Shown in pieces: positions 28,816 through 37,514 of a DNA stretch of 64,000 nt. Position 1 is the first letter of the stretch. Each line of letters starts with the position of its first letter. The stretch comes from Nibricoccus sp. Lineage in GTDB: Bacteria; Verrucomicrobiota; Verrucomicrobiia; Opitutales; Opitutaceae. The translations under genes were made by a program, and so were the position numbers. The stretch lies in the NCBI GenBank assembly GCA_047602425.1, contig JASGHG010000001.1:3456001-3520000 (forward strand). Reading direction: 5' to 3'. The notes under the pieces were generated by a model. The model saw only the letters and a program-made list of their open reading frames with translations. It made no database searches and had not been told where the DNA came from.

Positions 28816-29931
28816 ATGAAGCCAACGGTCAAACCGGCTATTCCCAACTTCTCGTCAGGCCCTTGCGCCAAGCGTCCGGGCTACTCGCTCGCGTCGCTGC
28901 CCACCGATATTCTCGGCCGGTCGCATCGTTCGAGTTTGGGAAAATCCCGTCTCGCCAAGGCCATCTCTGAAACGAAAGCCATCCTCGGCATTCCCGCCGA
29001 TTACCGCGTGGGCATCGTGCCGGCTTCGGACACCGGCGCCTTCGAAATGGCCATGTGGACGATGCTCGGCGCCCGCCCCGTCGACGCGTTTCATTGGGAA
29101 TCGTTCGGTGAAGGCTGGGTGACCGACATTCAAAAGCAGCTCAAACTGCCCAACACCCGCGTATTCAAAGCTGAATACGGCAAGCTCCCGGATTTCTCCC
29201 AGGCCGACTTCACGCATGATATCGTCTTCACTTGGAACGGAACGACCGGCGGCGTGAAGGTGCCCAATGGCAACTGGATTCCCGACAACCGCGAAGGCCT
29301 CACGTTCTGCGACGCCACGAGCGCCGTTTTCGCCATGGAAATGCCGTGGTCGAAACTCGATGTGGTCACATATTCTTGGCAAAAAGTACTCGGTGGCGAA
29401 GCCGCCCACGGCATGCTGATCCTCTCGCCCCGCGCGATCGAACGTCTCAACACCTACAAGCCCGCCTGGCCGCTTCCGAAGATTTTCCGCCTCACTTCCG
29501 GTGGCAAGGTCTCGGAGGATCTTTTCGAAGGTTCGACGATCAACACGCCCTCGATGATCGCCAACGAGGACTATCTCGACGCGCTTGCCTGGGCGAAATC
29601 GATTGGCGGCCTGCCCGCGCTCATCAAACGCACCGAGGATAATTTGGCGGTGTTCGAACAGTTCGTCGCCACGCATCCGTGGATCAAATTCCTTGCGGCG
29701 GACAAGGCGACTCGCTCCAGCACGTCGGTCTGCTTCACCGTCGATGCCACGCCCGACCAGGTGAAGAAAATGGTCAAGCTGCTCGAAGGCGAAAAAGCCG
29801 CCTACGACTGCGGCGCCTACAAGGATGCGCCTCCGGGACTGCGTTTCTGGTGCGGTGCGACCGTCGAAAAAGCTGACATCGAAAAAGTCCTCCCTTGGCT
29901 CGAATGGGCCTACACGGAAGCGAAGAAATAA
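28816..29931 (+). CDS. serC: phosphoserine aminotransferase (Methanosarcina/alphaproteobacterial type)
   Basis: [42 protein letters not shown] (PLP Lys), TINTPSM. Confidence 0.92.
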   Translation: MKPTVKPAIPNFSSGPCAKRPGYSLASLPTDILGRSHRSSLGKSRLAKAISETKAILGIPADYRVGIVPASDTGAFEMAMWTMLGARPVDAFHWESFGEGWVTDIQKQLKLPNTRVFKAEYGKLPDFSQADFTHDIVFTWNGTTGGVKVPNGNWIPDNREGLTFCDATSAVFAMEMPWSKLDVVTYSWQKVLGGEAAHGMLILSPRAIERLNTYKPAWPLPKIFRLTSGGKVSEDLFEGSTINTPSMIANEDYLDALAWAKSIGGLPALIKRTEDNLAVFEQFVATHPWIKFLAADKATRSSTSVCFTVDATPDQVKKMVKLLEGEKAAYDCGAYKDAPPGLRFWCGATVEKADIEKVLPWLEWAYTEAKK

Positions 29932-29934
29932 ATA

Positions 29935-30006
29935 CCAAGTAGCAAGGTCCAAGTTCCAAGAGACAGCCGGTTGCGGATCTCCTTGGAACTTGTAACTTGG
30001 CACTTG
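29935..30006. repeat. inverted arrays of heptamer repeats (CCAAGTN x4 / CTTGGNA x4)
   Basis: CCAAGTA GCAAGGT CCAAGTT CCAAG ... CTTGGAA CTTGTAA CTTGGCA CTTG. Confidence 0.75.
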
Positions 30007-30014
30007 TTCCTTTG

Positions 30015-31550
30015 ATGAACACTCCCTCTTCAGGCATCGTTCACCTCGTCGGCGCCGGTCCCGGCGATCTTGGTCTCGTCACACTGCGCGCGAAAGAGCT
30101 CATTGCCGCTGCCGACGTGCTCGTTTACGACTATCTTGCCCATCCCGAACTGGTGAAATGGTGCAAACCGGAGTGCGAGGTCATCTACGTCGGAAAAAAG
30201 GCTGGTTTTCACTCTGCTCCACAAAGCGAAATTGAAGCTTTGCTCGTGAAACACGCTCAGGCAGGCAAGAACGTCGTGCGCCTCAAGGGCGGCGATCCGT
30301 TCGTCTTTGGTCGTGGCGGCGAAGAAGCGCGCACATTGGCGAAAAACGGAATCGCTTTTGAGATCGTGCCTGGCGTCACCGCCGCGCTCGCCGCCGGTGC
30401 GTATTCCGGAATTCCGCTGACGCATCGCAACACCAGTTCGGCCGTCGTTTTCCTCACAGGCCACGAGGACGTCGAGAAACACGAACTGATGATCGATTGG
30501 CGCAGTTATGGTGCACTCAAAGGCGCCACGCTTGCGATCTACATGGGCATGGGACACCTGAAGCAGATCATGTCCGAACTCATGGTAGGTGGCCTCGATC
30601 CCGCCATGCCCGCGGCTGTCGTGCAATGGGCTTCGCTCGGACGCCAGCGCAGCGTCGTCGCCACCGCGGCCACGCTGGCCGAACAAGTTGAAAAGGCCAA
30701 ACTTTCTTCGCCCGCGATCATTTTCGTCGGCGATGTGGTAAAAAATCACGAGCAAATCGACTGGTACGAGCAGTTGCCGCTCTTCGGACGTCGCGTGGCG
30801 ATCACCCGTACCCGCGATCAAAACAGCGAGTTGCGCGACAAGCTCGAAATTCTCGGCGCCGAAGTCATCGAACTCCCGCTCATCAACATCAGCAAGGATG
30901 TGAGCAAGGAGTCGCTGGTGGAGATCCTGGCCGAACTTGGTACTTACGATTGGATCGTGTTTACCAGCGCCAATGGCGTACGGTATTTCTTCGAGGAATT
31001 TTTCAAGGGCTTCAACGATGTCCGCAGCCTCGGCCTGCTGCGTTTTGCCTGCGTTGGCCGGGCCACCGCGCGCGAAATCGAAAGTTACAAAATCAAAGTC
31101 GAATGCATGCCCGACACCGCTACGGGCGACTCCCTCGCCGATGCGTTGATCGCGACGGGCAGCCTCGACAGCGCGAAGATCATCGTCGTTACCGGCAACC
31201 TGAATCGCGACAAGCTGGTGAAAAAGCTCGAAGCCGCGCGCGCGATTGTCGACCGGCTTCCGCTCTACAAGACGGAGAAAACCGACCTCGCGAGCGATCC
31301 GACCGCCGACGATTTCCGCCAGAAAGGCGCCGACGCGATTCTCTTCGCGAGTTCCTCCGCCGTCAGTTCCTATGCCGAGCAGGCATCTGCGCTCGAACTA
31401 GCTCCCGGAGCCAAAAAGCCGCTGATCGGCAGCATCGGGCCGCAAACGACCGAAACGCTCGACGACCTCGACTTGAGCCCGGATTTCGAAGCGAAAAAAC
31501 CGAGTCTCGACGCGTTGATCGAGGCACTTGTGGCAAAATTGAAGGCGTAA
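30015..31550 (+). CDS. cobA: fused uroporphyrinogen-III C-methyltransferase / uroporphyrinogen-III synthase (CobA-HemD)
   Basis: LVGAGPGD, RLKGGDPFVFGRGGEE, PGVTA; HemD half ITR...WIVFTSANGV...FASSSAV...IGPQT. Confidence 0.92.
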   Translation: MNTPSSGIVHLVGAGPGDLGLVTLRAKELIAAADVLVYDYLAHPELVKWCKPECEVIYVGKKAGFHSAPQSEIEALLVKHAQAGKNVVRLKGGDPFVFGRGGEEARTLAKNGIAFEIVPGVTAALAAGAYSGIPLTHRNTSSAVVFLTGHEDVEKHELMIDWRSYGALKGATLAIYMGMGHLKQIMSELMVGGLDPAMPAAVVQWASLGRQRSVVATAATLAEQVEKAKLSSPAIIFVGDVVKNHEQIDWYEQLPLFGRRVAITRTRDQNSELRDKLEILGAEVIELPLINISKDVSKESLVEILAELGTYDWIVFTSANGVRYFFEEFFKGFNDVRSLGLLRFACVGRATAREIESYKIKVECMPDTATGDSLADALIATGSLDSAKIIVVTGNLNRDKLVKKLEAARAIVDRLPLYKTEKTDLASDPTADDFRQKGADAILFASSSAVSSYAEQASALELAPGAKKPLIGSIGPQTTETLDDLDLSPDFEAKKPSLDALIEALVAKLKA

Positions 31551-31596
31551 CCGCCGGTCTTTTATCCTTGAATCCCGGAGCTGGTCCGCCGCCCGG

Positions 31597-33429
31597 TTAT
31601 TTCTTGGCGGTTGTGGCGGGCGGGAGTTTTTCCGCGAGGGCGGCGAATTCCTTTTTCACCGATTCGTTGGGGGCGACTTCGAGGCCGTGCTGGATGAGGA
31701 GGCGGCTTTTTTCGAAGTAACCGCAGTCCACGCCAATCGCAGCGATGCGATAAACGAGGCCGAGCCGGGTGGAGAATTTGAGTGCGCCGGGCATGAGATG
31801 GTTGAATTGATCGAGCGTGGGTTTGGCGTGGCTGTCATGCCACAGGCGCGCGAGCATGTCGTAGAGTTCGTACATTGGCGGCGGACATTTGGCGCCGGCC
31901 AGCAAGGCTTCTTCGATGGGTTTGAGATCGCCTGCTTTGACCGCACGTTTTTCCACCTGTGCTTTGGTTTGGATTTCGCCGGCGCGCAATCGGGCGAGTT
32001 CCAAGTAGGCGAGAGCGCGGGTGGTCTTTCCCGCGATGGCGGCCTCCAGAAATTTTTGGGCGCGTTCGCTGTGCCCGGCCTTCTTTTCCGCCAGCCCCAG
32101 CGCGGCAAGTAGTTCGGCATCGCGTTCGCCGCGGACATAGGGGGCGATAAGCCGGGTCAAAGCCTCCTCCTGATGGCCTCCCATGCGCATGACTTCACCG
32201 GCAATGCGTCCGGATTCCGCATCCGAGGCCTCGCGGAGGGTGATGGCTGGCGCGGTTTCAAACTTCTGTCCCTTCTTAAAACGGTAGTCGATCCGCTCGT
32301 AATCGGTAAATTCCACGTACCCGCGCATTTCGACTTCCATCTTCTTGTAGTCCATGCCGAAACATTCCTTGAAGATTTCCTCGGTGATGGGCCCTTTGGC
32401 GGCTCGTGCGGCGAGCTTGTAATATGCCTTTTGATAACGATGGGCGCGGCCATAGAGGCACATGTGGCTGAAGAGGTACGCTTGCGCTGGATACGAGCCG
32501 CCGAGTTTGGAAAACTCGGACAGTTTGAGCGAGGTGACGGCGAAGAAATCGGAGAGAGGGATGATCCGATTTTCCGCGAGCGCCTTGTTGAAAGAGCCGG
32601 TCGCAATGGCGGTGGTGGCTGAGGTTTTTGTGATGTATTCGGAGGTTACCCCTGTCAGGTTGTTGCTGTTGACGCCGACGGAGGCCGGGTCGTCGGAACT
32701 TGCATAGCCGGTTGCAGCACGTCCGCTTTGCGCGGCTGCCGCCGAGGTGGGAGGCGCCCGGCGGGCCTGCCTCGTGTTTTGTTCGTCAGCGCGCGCATCC
32801 TCGAGTTTCCCGAGTGAGATGCCTTGATCGCTGAATTCGACGGCGGCGTAGATCTGCACAAGGCCTTCCTCCATCCATGCAGGCAATTGATTGCCGAAGG
32901 ATTTTCGTACGAGCTGGCGAAAGTATTGGATGTAGAAACCGCGGTAGGGGTCGACCTGTTCGCTTGAACCAAAGGAATCTTCGAACGTGTAATCGACTAC
33001 GATCGCGGAACGTTCACCGTCGTCGAAAAACGTGCTGCCGCTATGCTGGCCGCGACTGTCTTTTTCCGAGTCGGGAATAAAATGCTCGAAGTCGTTACCT
33101 TTGGAGCAAAGTACGATGTAAGTGGGAATGGACGGATCGATTTTTGCCTCGGGTAGAATCTGCGCCGCCACCTGCCTGAGCAGATGGAAGTCCGAAATAA
33201 AACGTTTGGTGTTCGTGTCAGAAGCGTCGGACAACACTTCATAGCCGGGAACGGAAACGTATTTCCATTTCTTCATCGGCGGCAGCACGCGTTCCGTGGT
33301 GACCTCATACTTCGGCAACACGATTAAATCAGATTCCGGAATGGCTGGGGGCGCATCGGCCGCGAAAAACGGAGTAGCGGCCAGGAGCCATGCGAACACG
33401 CTAGGAGACCGAAGAGTGGAGGGAGTCAT
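31597..33429 (-). CDS. secreted hypothetical protein with degenerate gluzincin-like region and TPR-like C-terminus
   Basis: Signal-like N-terminus; LPAWMEEGLVQIY; helical TPR-like repeats (ELLAALGLAE..AG..ERAQKFLEAA). Start uncertain. Confidence 0.7.
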   Translation of the reverse strand: MTPSTLRSPSVFAWLLAATPFFAADAPPAIPESDLIVLPKYEVTTERVLPPMKKWKYVSVPGYEVLSDASDTNTKRFISDFHLLRQVAAQILPEAKIDPSIPTYIVLCSKGNDFEHFIPDSEKDSRGQHSGSTFFDDGERSAIVVDYTFEDSFGSSEQVDPYRGFYIQYFRQLVRKSFGNQLPAWMEEGLVQIYAAVEFSDQGISLGKLEDARADEQNTRQARRAPPTSAAAAQSGRAATGYASSDDPASVGVNSNNLTGVTSEYITKTSATTAIATGSFNKALAENRIIPLSDFFAVTSLKLSEFSKLGGSYPAQAYLFSHMCLYGRAHRYQKAYYKLAARAAKGPITEEIFKECFGMDYKKMEVEMRGYVEFTDYERIDYRFKKGQKFETAPAITLREASDAESGRIAGEVMRMGGHQEEALTRLIAPYVRGERDAELLAALGLAEKKAGHSERAQKFLEAAIAGKTTRALAYLELARLRAGEIQTKAQVEKRAVKAGDLKPIEEALLAGAKCPPPMYELYDMLARLWHDSHAKPTLDQFNHLMPGALKFSTRLGLVYRIAAIGVDCGYFEKSRLLIQHGLEVAPNESVKKEFAALAEKLPPATTAKK

Positions 33430-33787
33430 GGAATTGGGTGGTCGGGAGAGGGGAGGTTTGGCAGGACTATAACTAGACGTCGCCGTCAGGGCTGGGAAAC
33501 GATCAGTGTGGATCAATTTCTGGAGGCGCGTTTTGTTTGGTGATTACGAAGCGGGTAGTTTGTGGGAATTATTCTAGGCGCGGCGGCTCAATCCAGATTG
33601 GGCGATAGCGTGTGGTCGTCGTGAAGCGGGGCTGAGAGAACCGGAAGGAGCTTTCCCGCGGCCCAAAAAGCCAAGCTGGCCAGCCCCGAAAGGTAGTCCA
33701 TTAAATGCGGTAACGTGATTGTGATGAGATAGATAATGGATCGGTAGCGCAAGGGCGTAATCTTATTTGCAAATCCGCGCTTCACAT

Positions 33788-33815
33788 TTGACGGATTGAA
33801 TGAGGGGCCTACTTT
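33788..33815 (+). promoter_or_regulatory. sigma70-type promoter for the 6S RNA
   Basis: TTGACG (33788-33793), 16 nt, TACTTT (33810-33815), ending 7 nt before the predicted RNA 5' end. Confidence 0.55.
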
Positions 33816-33822
33816 CACCGGC

Positions 33823-34006
33823 TGATCCTCTGCAGTGTACGAGGTGCTTTCATTAAACCGCTCTTTGCCTTTGAAATATTCCGGGAGCTGAACCCGCCGT
33901 GGAAGATGCTAGGCCGTAAATCGGAAAGCAGACGCTGCGGAGGAGGCGCCCACCTTAACCTAAAAAGGACTAGAGCCTTTGGGCACACGGCACAGGCGGA
34001 GGATCA
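33823..34006 (+). ncRNA. ssrS: 6S RNA (SsrS)
   Basis: 184 nt. Ends pair (TGATCCTCTGC/GCGGAGGATCA); AGTGT..., GGGAGC, GGCGCCCACCT and CGGCAC motifs appear in the order seen in known 6S RNAs; the central region is poorly paired. Confidence 0.8.
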
Positions 34007-34020
34007 ACTTTTTCTCTTTC

Positions 34021-34368
34021 ATGAATCCAACCGAAAACAACGCCCTTCACGTCATCCACGTTCTCAGCGCCATCGCCTTGGTCGGCACGACATTTTTTGC
34101 GTTCGCCGGCGCGCCCGAGGCGCGGAAACGCACCTTGATGTGGAGCGGGATCGCGAGCGTGCTGGCTCTTCTCACGGGCCTCAGGATGTGGCAGGCTTTG
34201 TACCAATTTTCGGGCGGTTGGGTGGTTGTGAAACTCATCTGCTGGTTGGGTCTCTCCGCTTTGACTGGTATCGCTTACAAGCGACGTGGCGCGGCCGGCA
34301 TTCTGGGCGTGATTACCGTCGCGCTTGCCGGCTTGGCGTTGTACATGGTGTACTTCCGACCATTCTAA
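34021..34368 (+). CDS. small four-TM membrane protein (SirB2-like)
   Basis: H..H in TM1; LLTG; W...KL motif; four hydrophobic segments. Confidence 0.7.
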   Translation: MNPTENNALHVIHVLSAIALVGTTFFAFAGAPEARKRTLMWSGIASVLALLTGLRMWQALYQFSGGWVVVKLICWLGLSALTGIAYKRRGAAGILGVITVALAGLALYMVYFRPF

Positions 34369-34598
34369 GCGGCCAGATGCCATGGCAGTTTTTACTAATA
34401 AAGACCGGGTTTGCGCGTGAAACTTGCTGAACCTGCTGCCATGAATGCCATCGTTTTGATCTTTCCTGTTTCGAGAAAAACCGCCAATGCGTTGGTTAAA
34501 GAGGCGTTAATCCCTGTCCTATCGACAGAAAGGATTGTGCAACACCCCTTAATCAAGCCATTGAGACAGGTGCAAAAAGTGCCGTATATTTCTTGTTC

Positions 34599-35642
34599 AT
34601 GAGTTTTCCTGCTTTTTCTCGTACGATCCGTCCTCTTCACGCCGACCGGGCGCGGGCGAAATTGTTTTTCCGCAACGCGAAATTTGGACTAATGGCCCTC
34701 GCTCTTATGTTCAGCGCGGGCTTGGCCGAGGCGGCCAGTACGGTGCGTTTGAAAAACGGTTCCAGTGTGCAGGGCGAAATCCTTGCCGAGCGTGCGGACC
34801 GCGTGGTGGTTGATTTGGGTTTCACCGTCCTGAGCGTTCCGCGCGACGAAATCGAAAAAATCGTCGCCGATAGTACCGCCGCCGCGTCCACCACCGGCAC
34901 CGACGAATCGGTCGATCTTTACCGCGTCGCGTCAAATCAGGGCGCGCTCACCGTCAACGAAAACGTTGCCCGGGTGGCCGAAGCTGTCGTGCAAGTGCGC
35001 ACGCCGATAGGACTTGGTTCGGGTTTTATCATCGATCCAACGGGATACGTGCTGACCAATGAACACGTGGTTGCCGGCGAATACGCGATCACCGTCACTC
35101 AATTTCACCGTGGCAAAACCGACCTCGAACGCGTGACGTTCAGCAAGGTCCGCATTGTCGCCCTCGACGCCAAGCTCGACCTTGCATTGCTCAAAATTGA
35201 AGACGCCTCCGGAACCGTTTTTCCCACCGTACCGCTGGGCGATTCCAACACGCTGGTTGAGGGCCAGACCGTTTTTGCCATCGGCAGTCCGCTCGGCCTC
35301 GACCGCTCGGTGTCGCAAGGCATCATCAGCACGCGCAATCGCCCGATGGAAGGCCAGCTTTACATTCAAACCACGACCCAGATAAATCCCGGCAACTCCG
35401 GCGGCCCGCTCTTCAACCTCCGCGGCGAGGTCATTGGCGTTAATAACATGAAGGCCATGATGGCTGGGATCGAAGGTCTGAATTTCGCCATTCCCTGTGC
35501 CGTCGCCAAAAACTTCCTGCGCAACCGTGACGCCTTTGCCTTCGATCCGCGCAACGCCAACGCTGGTTATCGCTACCTTGAGCCACCTCACCCGGTAAAA
35601 ACTCCAAAACCAGAGGCCACGCCTAAAATCACCAAGCCCTGA
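34599..35642 (+). CDS. secreted trypsin-like (S1C) serine protease without PDZ
   Basis: GSGFII, TNEHVV (His), DLALLK (Asp), INPGNSGGPL (Ser). Start uncertain. Confidence 0.9.
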   Translation: MSFPAFSRTIRPLHADRARAKLFFRNAKFGLMALALMFSAGLAEAASTVRLKNGSSVQGEILAERADRVVVDLGFTVLSVPRDEIEKIVADSTAAASTTGTDESVDLYRVASNQGALTVNENVARVAEAVVQVRTPIGLGSGFIIDPTGYVLTNEHVVAGEYAITVTQFHRGKTDLERVTFSKVRIVALDAKLDLALLKIEDASGTVFPTVPLGDSNTLVEGQTVFAIGSPLGLDRSVSQGIISTRNRPMEGQLYIQTTTQINPGNSGGPLFNLRGEVIGVNNMKAMMAGIEGLNFAIPCAVAKNFLRNRDAFAFDPRNANAGYRYLEPPHPVKTPKPEATPKITKP

Positions 35643-35702
35643 TCCGCCAGGCCTCGCGGATTTCTGTCACATGCGCGTTCCCAAACGCGTTTGCTCCCTT
35701 TT

Positions 35703-37514
35703 ATGACCTCAACGCTTCGCTTCCTTTGCTTCAGTCTGTCTGTCCTGCTTTTCTCGCCGGCCCGCGCCGCCGTTCCCCTCATCAACCTGATCGACGAAAA
35801 CTGCCCCATAGTGATTTCCGTGCAGGATATTCCGGCCTTCCTCAAAAACGGAGCGGACAGCCCTTGGGCGATGACGTGGAACGATGACCAAATCCGGAAA
35901 TTCCTCGCGCCCCTTCGCGGCCAGATGAAACTCGATCGGTGGGATGAGCAATGCAAGGCCCAGACCGGCTACAATGTGGCGGAACTTCTTGCCATGGCCA
36001 AAGGCCAGATGCTGGTCGCGGTGACGAGCGCGGATATTTTTGAGCTCGGCGACCATCCGGATCCTTCGCGCATTCCCGTGCTTGCCGCGCTCGAACTGGG
36101 CGAAAATACCGCCAAGGTCGCCAAGCTGATTGCCGAGCTCGACGAAAAAGAGCACAGCCTTTTCCGCCTCGAGGACTATGCCGGGGTGCAACTCCATATT
36201 TACCAAAAAAAGGCCGAAAAAGGCGGTGGGGATAGGTTCGTATGGGCCATGGCCGATGGCATTTGGTTCTTGAGCCCGTCCAAGACCGTGGTTCAAAACG
36301 CAATCGATCATTTGAAAAATGGCCGCGCTCCCGCGCCATTGGGAGAATCCGAGCATTTTCTTAAGATTAGGAAACAGGGTGGGGAGGCCGGCCTTACGAT
36401 TTTGTGCAATCTTCAAGCCATGTATCCGGCCGTAAAACTTGCGGTGGAGAAAAGTGCGGAGAAAAAACCGGCTCCGGCGGGCTTGCCGCCGGGCGTGCTC
36501 ATGGATGCGCTCGGTTTGGACACCCTGCGCGATCTCTATTTCACCGTTGCGATCGAAGCCGACGCCACCCACGTGAGCGGCGGCCTTACCTGCTCCGAGC
36601 AGCGTGGCATTTTCAAGGTTCTCGCTTTCAACGACGGTCCCGTGCCTCAGCCTGCTTTTGTATCCGAAAAATGGATCAACGCCAGCACGGCCTCTTTCAG
36701 CATACCGGCCGCTTACGGCGCGGTGAAAGAGCTCCTTAACGGCCTGAACCCGATGATCGCCTCCATGATGCAGGCGCGTATCAAGGAGCTGAATACTCAG
36801 CTTGGCATCGACTTGGAGCATGACCTTATTGGCAGCCTCGGCACGCAACTGCTTTCCGCCAAGGCCACGCGTCCGGGCTCGAATCCCGACACGCCCCCGC
36901 CTCTCAACGATATCGACCAGCTGCTCGCCTTTTCGCTGAACAACGCCCCTGCTTTCACGAAGGCCATCGATGCCTTGAAGCGCATGGCCGGCCCGCAGTT
37001 CGAAAAGATGTTCAACAAACGCGAGTATCTCGGACAGACGCTCTATACGCTCCAGATACCCAATCCCCAGCCCGGGCAGAAGGCCGTCAGTTACGCCATC
37101 ACGCCCAAGTTTCTGTTTGTCGCGGTTGGTTCGGCGTCGATTCTGGAATCGGCGGTGCAGGGCCTCGATGGCAAGCGGCCGACGCTCTGGCAGAAACCCG
37201 AGGTCAAAGCCGCCCTCGCCGAAGTTCCCGCCTCCGCCTGCAGCTTCGAATATCAGGACAACAAGGCCCTTATCGGCAGCCTCATTGAAACCCTGGGCCA
37301 GCTCGGACCCAAGTTTGCCGCCCGCTCGGAAGCTCCGGCGGACGAGGACGAAGCCGCCAGCGGGAAACCCGTGGCCGCCACCTCCGGACCTTTCGATCTT
37401 TCGGCCAAACCCGACGCATCCGTGCTCGGCAAATACTGGAGCATCAGCACTGGTTATGCCTGGCGTGACAGCAATGGCCTGTATTTTAAATCCAAAGTCC
37501 AACACTCCAAGTGA
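35703..37514 (+). CDS. secreted hypothetical protein (DUF3352-like architecture)
   Basis: Signal peptide; two similar halves (EDYAGVQLHIY / REYLGQTLYTL, each followed by beta strands); 4-nt overlap with the next gene. Confidence 0.7.
   Translation: MTSTLRFLCFSLSVLLFSPARAAVPLINLIDENCPIVISVQDIPAFLKNGADSPWAMTWNDDQIRKFLAPLRGQMKLDRWDEQCKAQTGYNVAELLAMAKGQMLVAVTSADIFELGDHPDPSRIPVLAALELGENTAKVAKLIAELDEKEHSLFRLEDYAGVQLHIYQKKAEKGGGDRFVWAMADGIWFLSPSKTVVQNAIDHLKNGRAPAPLGESEHFLKIRKQGGEAGLTILCNLQAMYPAVKLAVEKSAEKKPAPAGLPPGVLMDALGLDTLRDLYFTVAIEADATHVSGGLTCSEQRGIFKVLAFNDGPVPQPAFVSEKWINASTASFSIPAAYGAVKELLNGLNPMIASMMQARIKELNTQLGIDLEHDLIGSLGTQLLSAKATRPGSNPDTPPPLNDIDQLLAFSLNNAPAFTKAIDALKRMAGPQFEKMFNKREYLGQTLYTLQIPNPQPGQKAVSYAITPKFLFVAVGSASILESAVQGLDGKRPTLWQKPEVKAALAEVPASACSFEYQDNKALIGSLIETLGQLGPKFAARSEAPADEDEAASGKPVAATSGPFDLSAKPDASVLGKYWSISTGYAWRDSNGLYFKSKVQHSK

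Noticed and set aside
33870..33900. TPP riboswitch (GGGAGCTGAAC resembles GGGxxCTGAGA)
   Set aside because: It lacks CTGAGA and the downstream TPP core; the region is better explained as 6S RNA.
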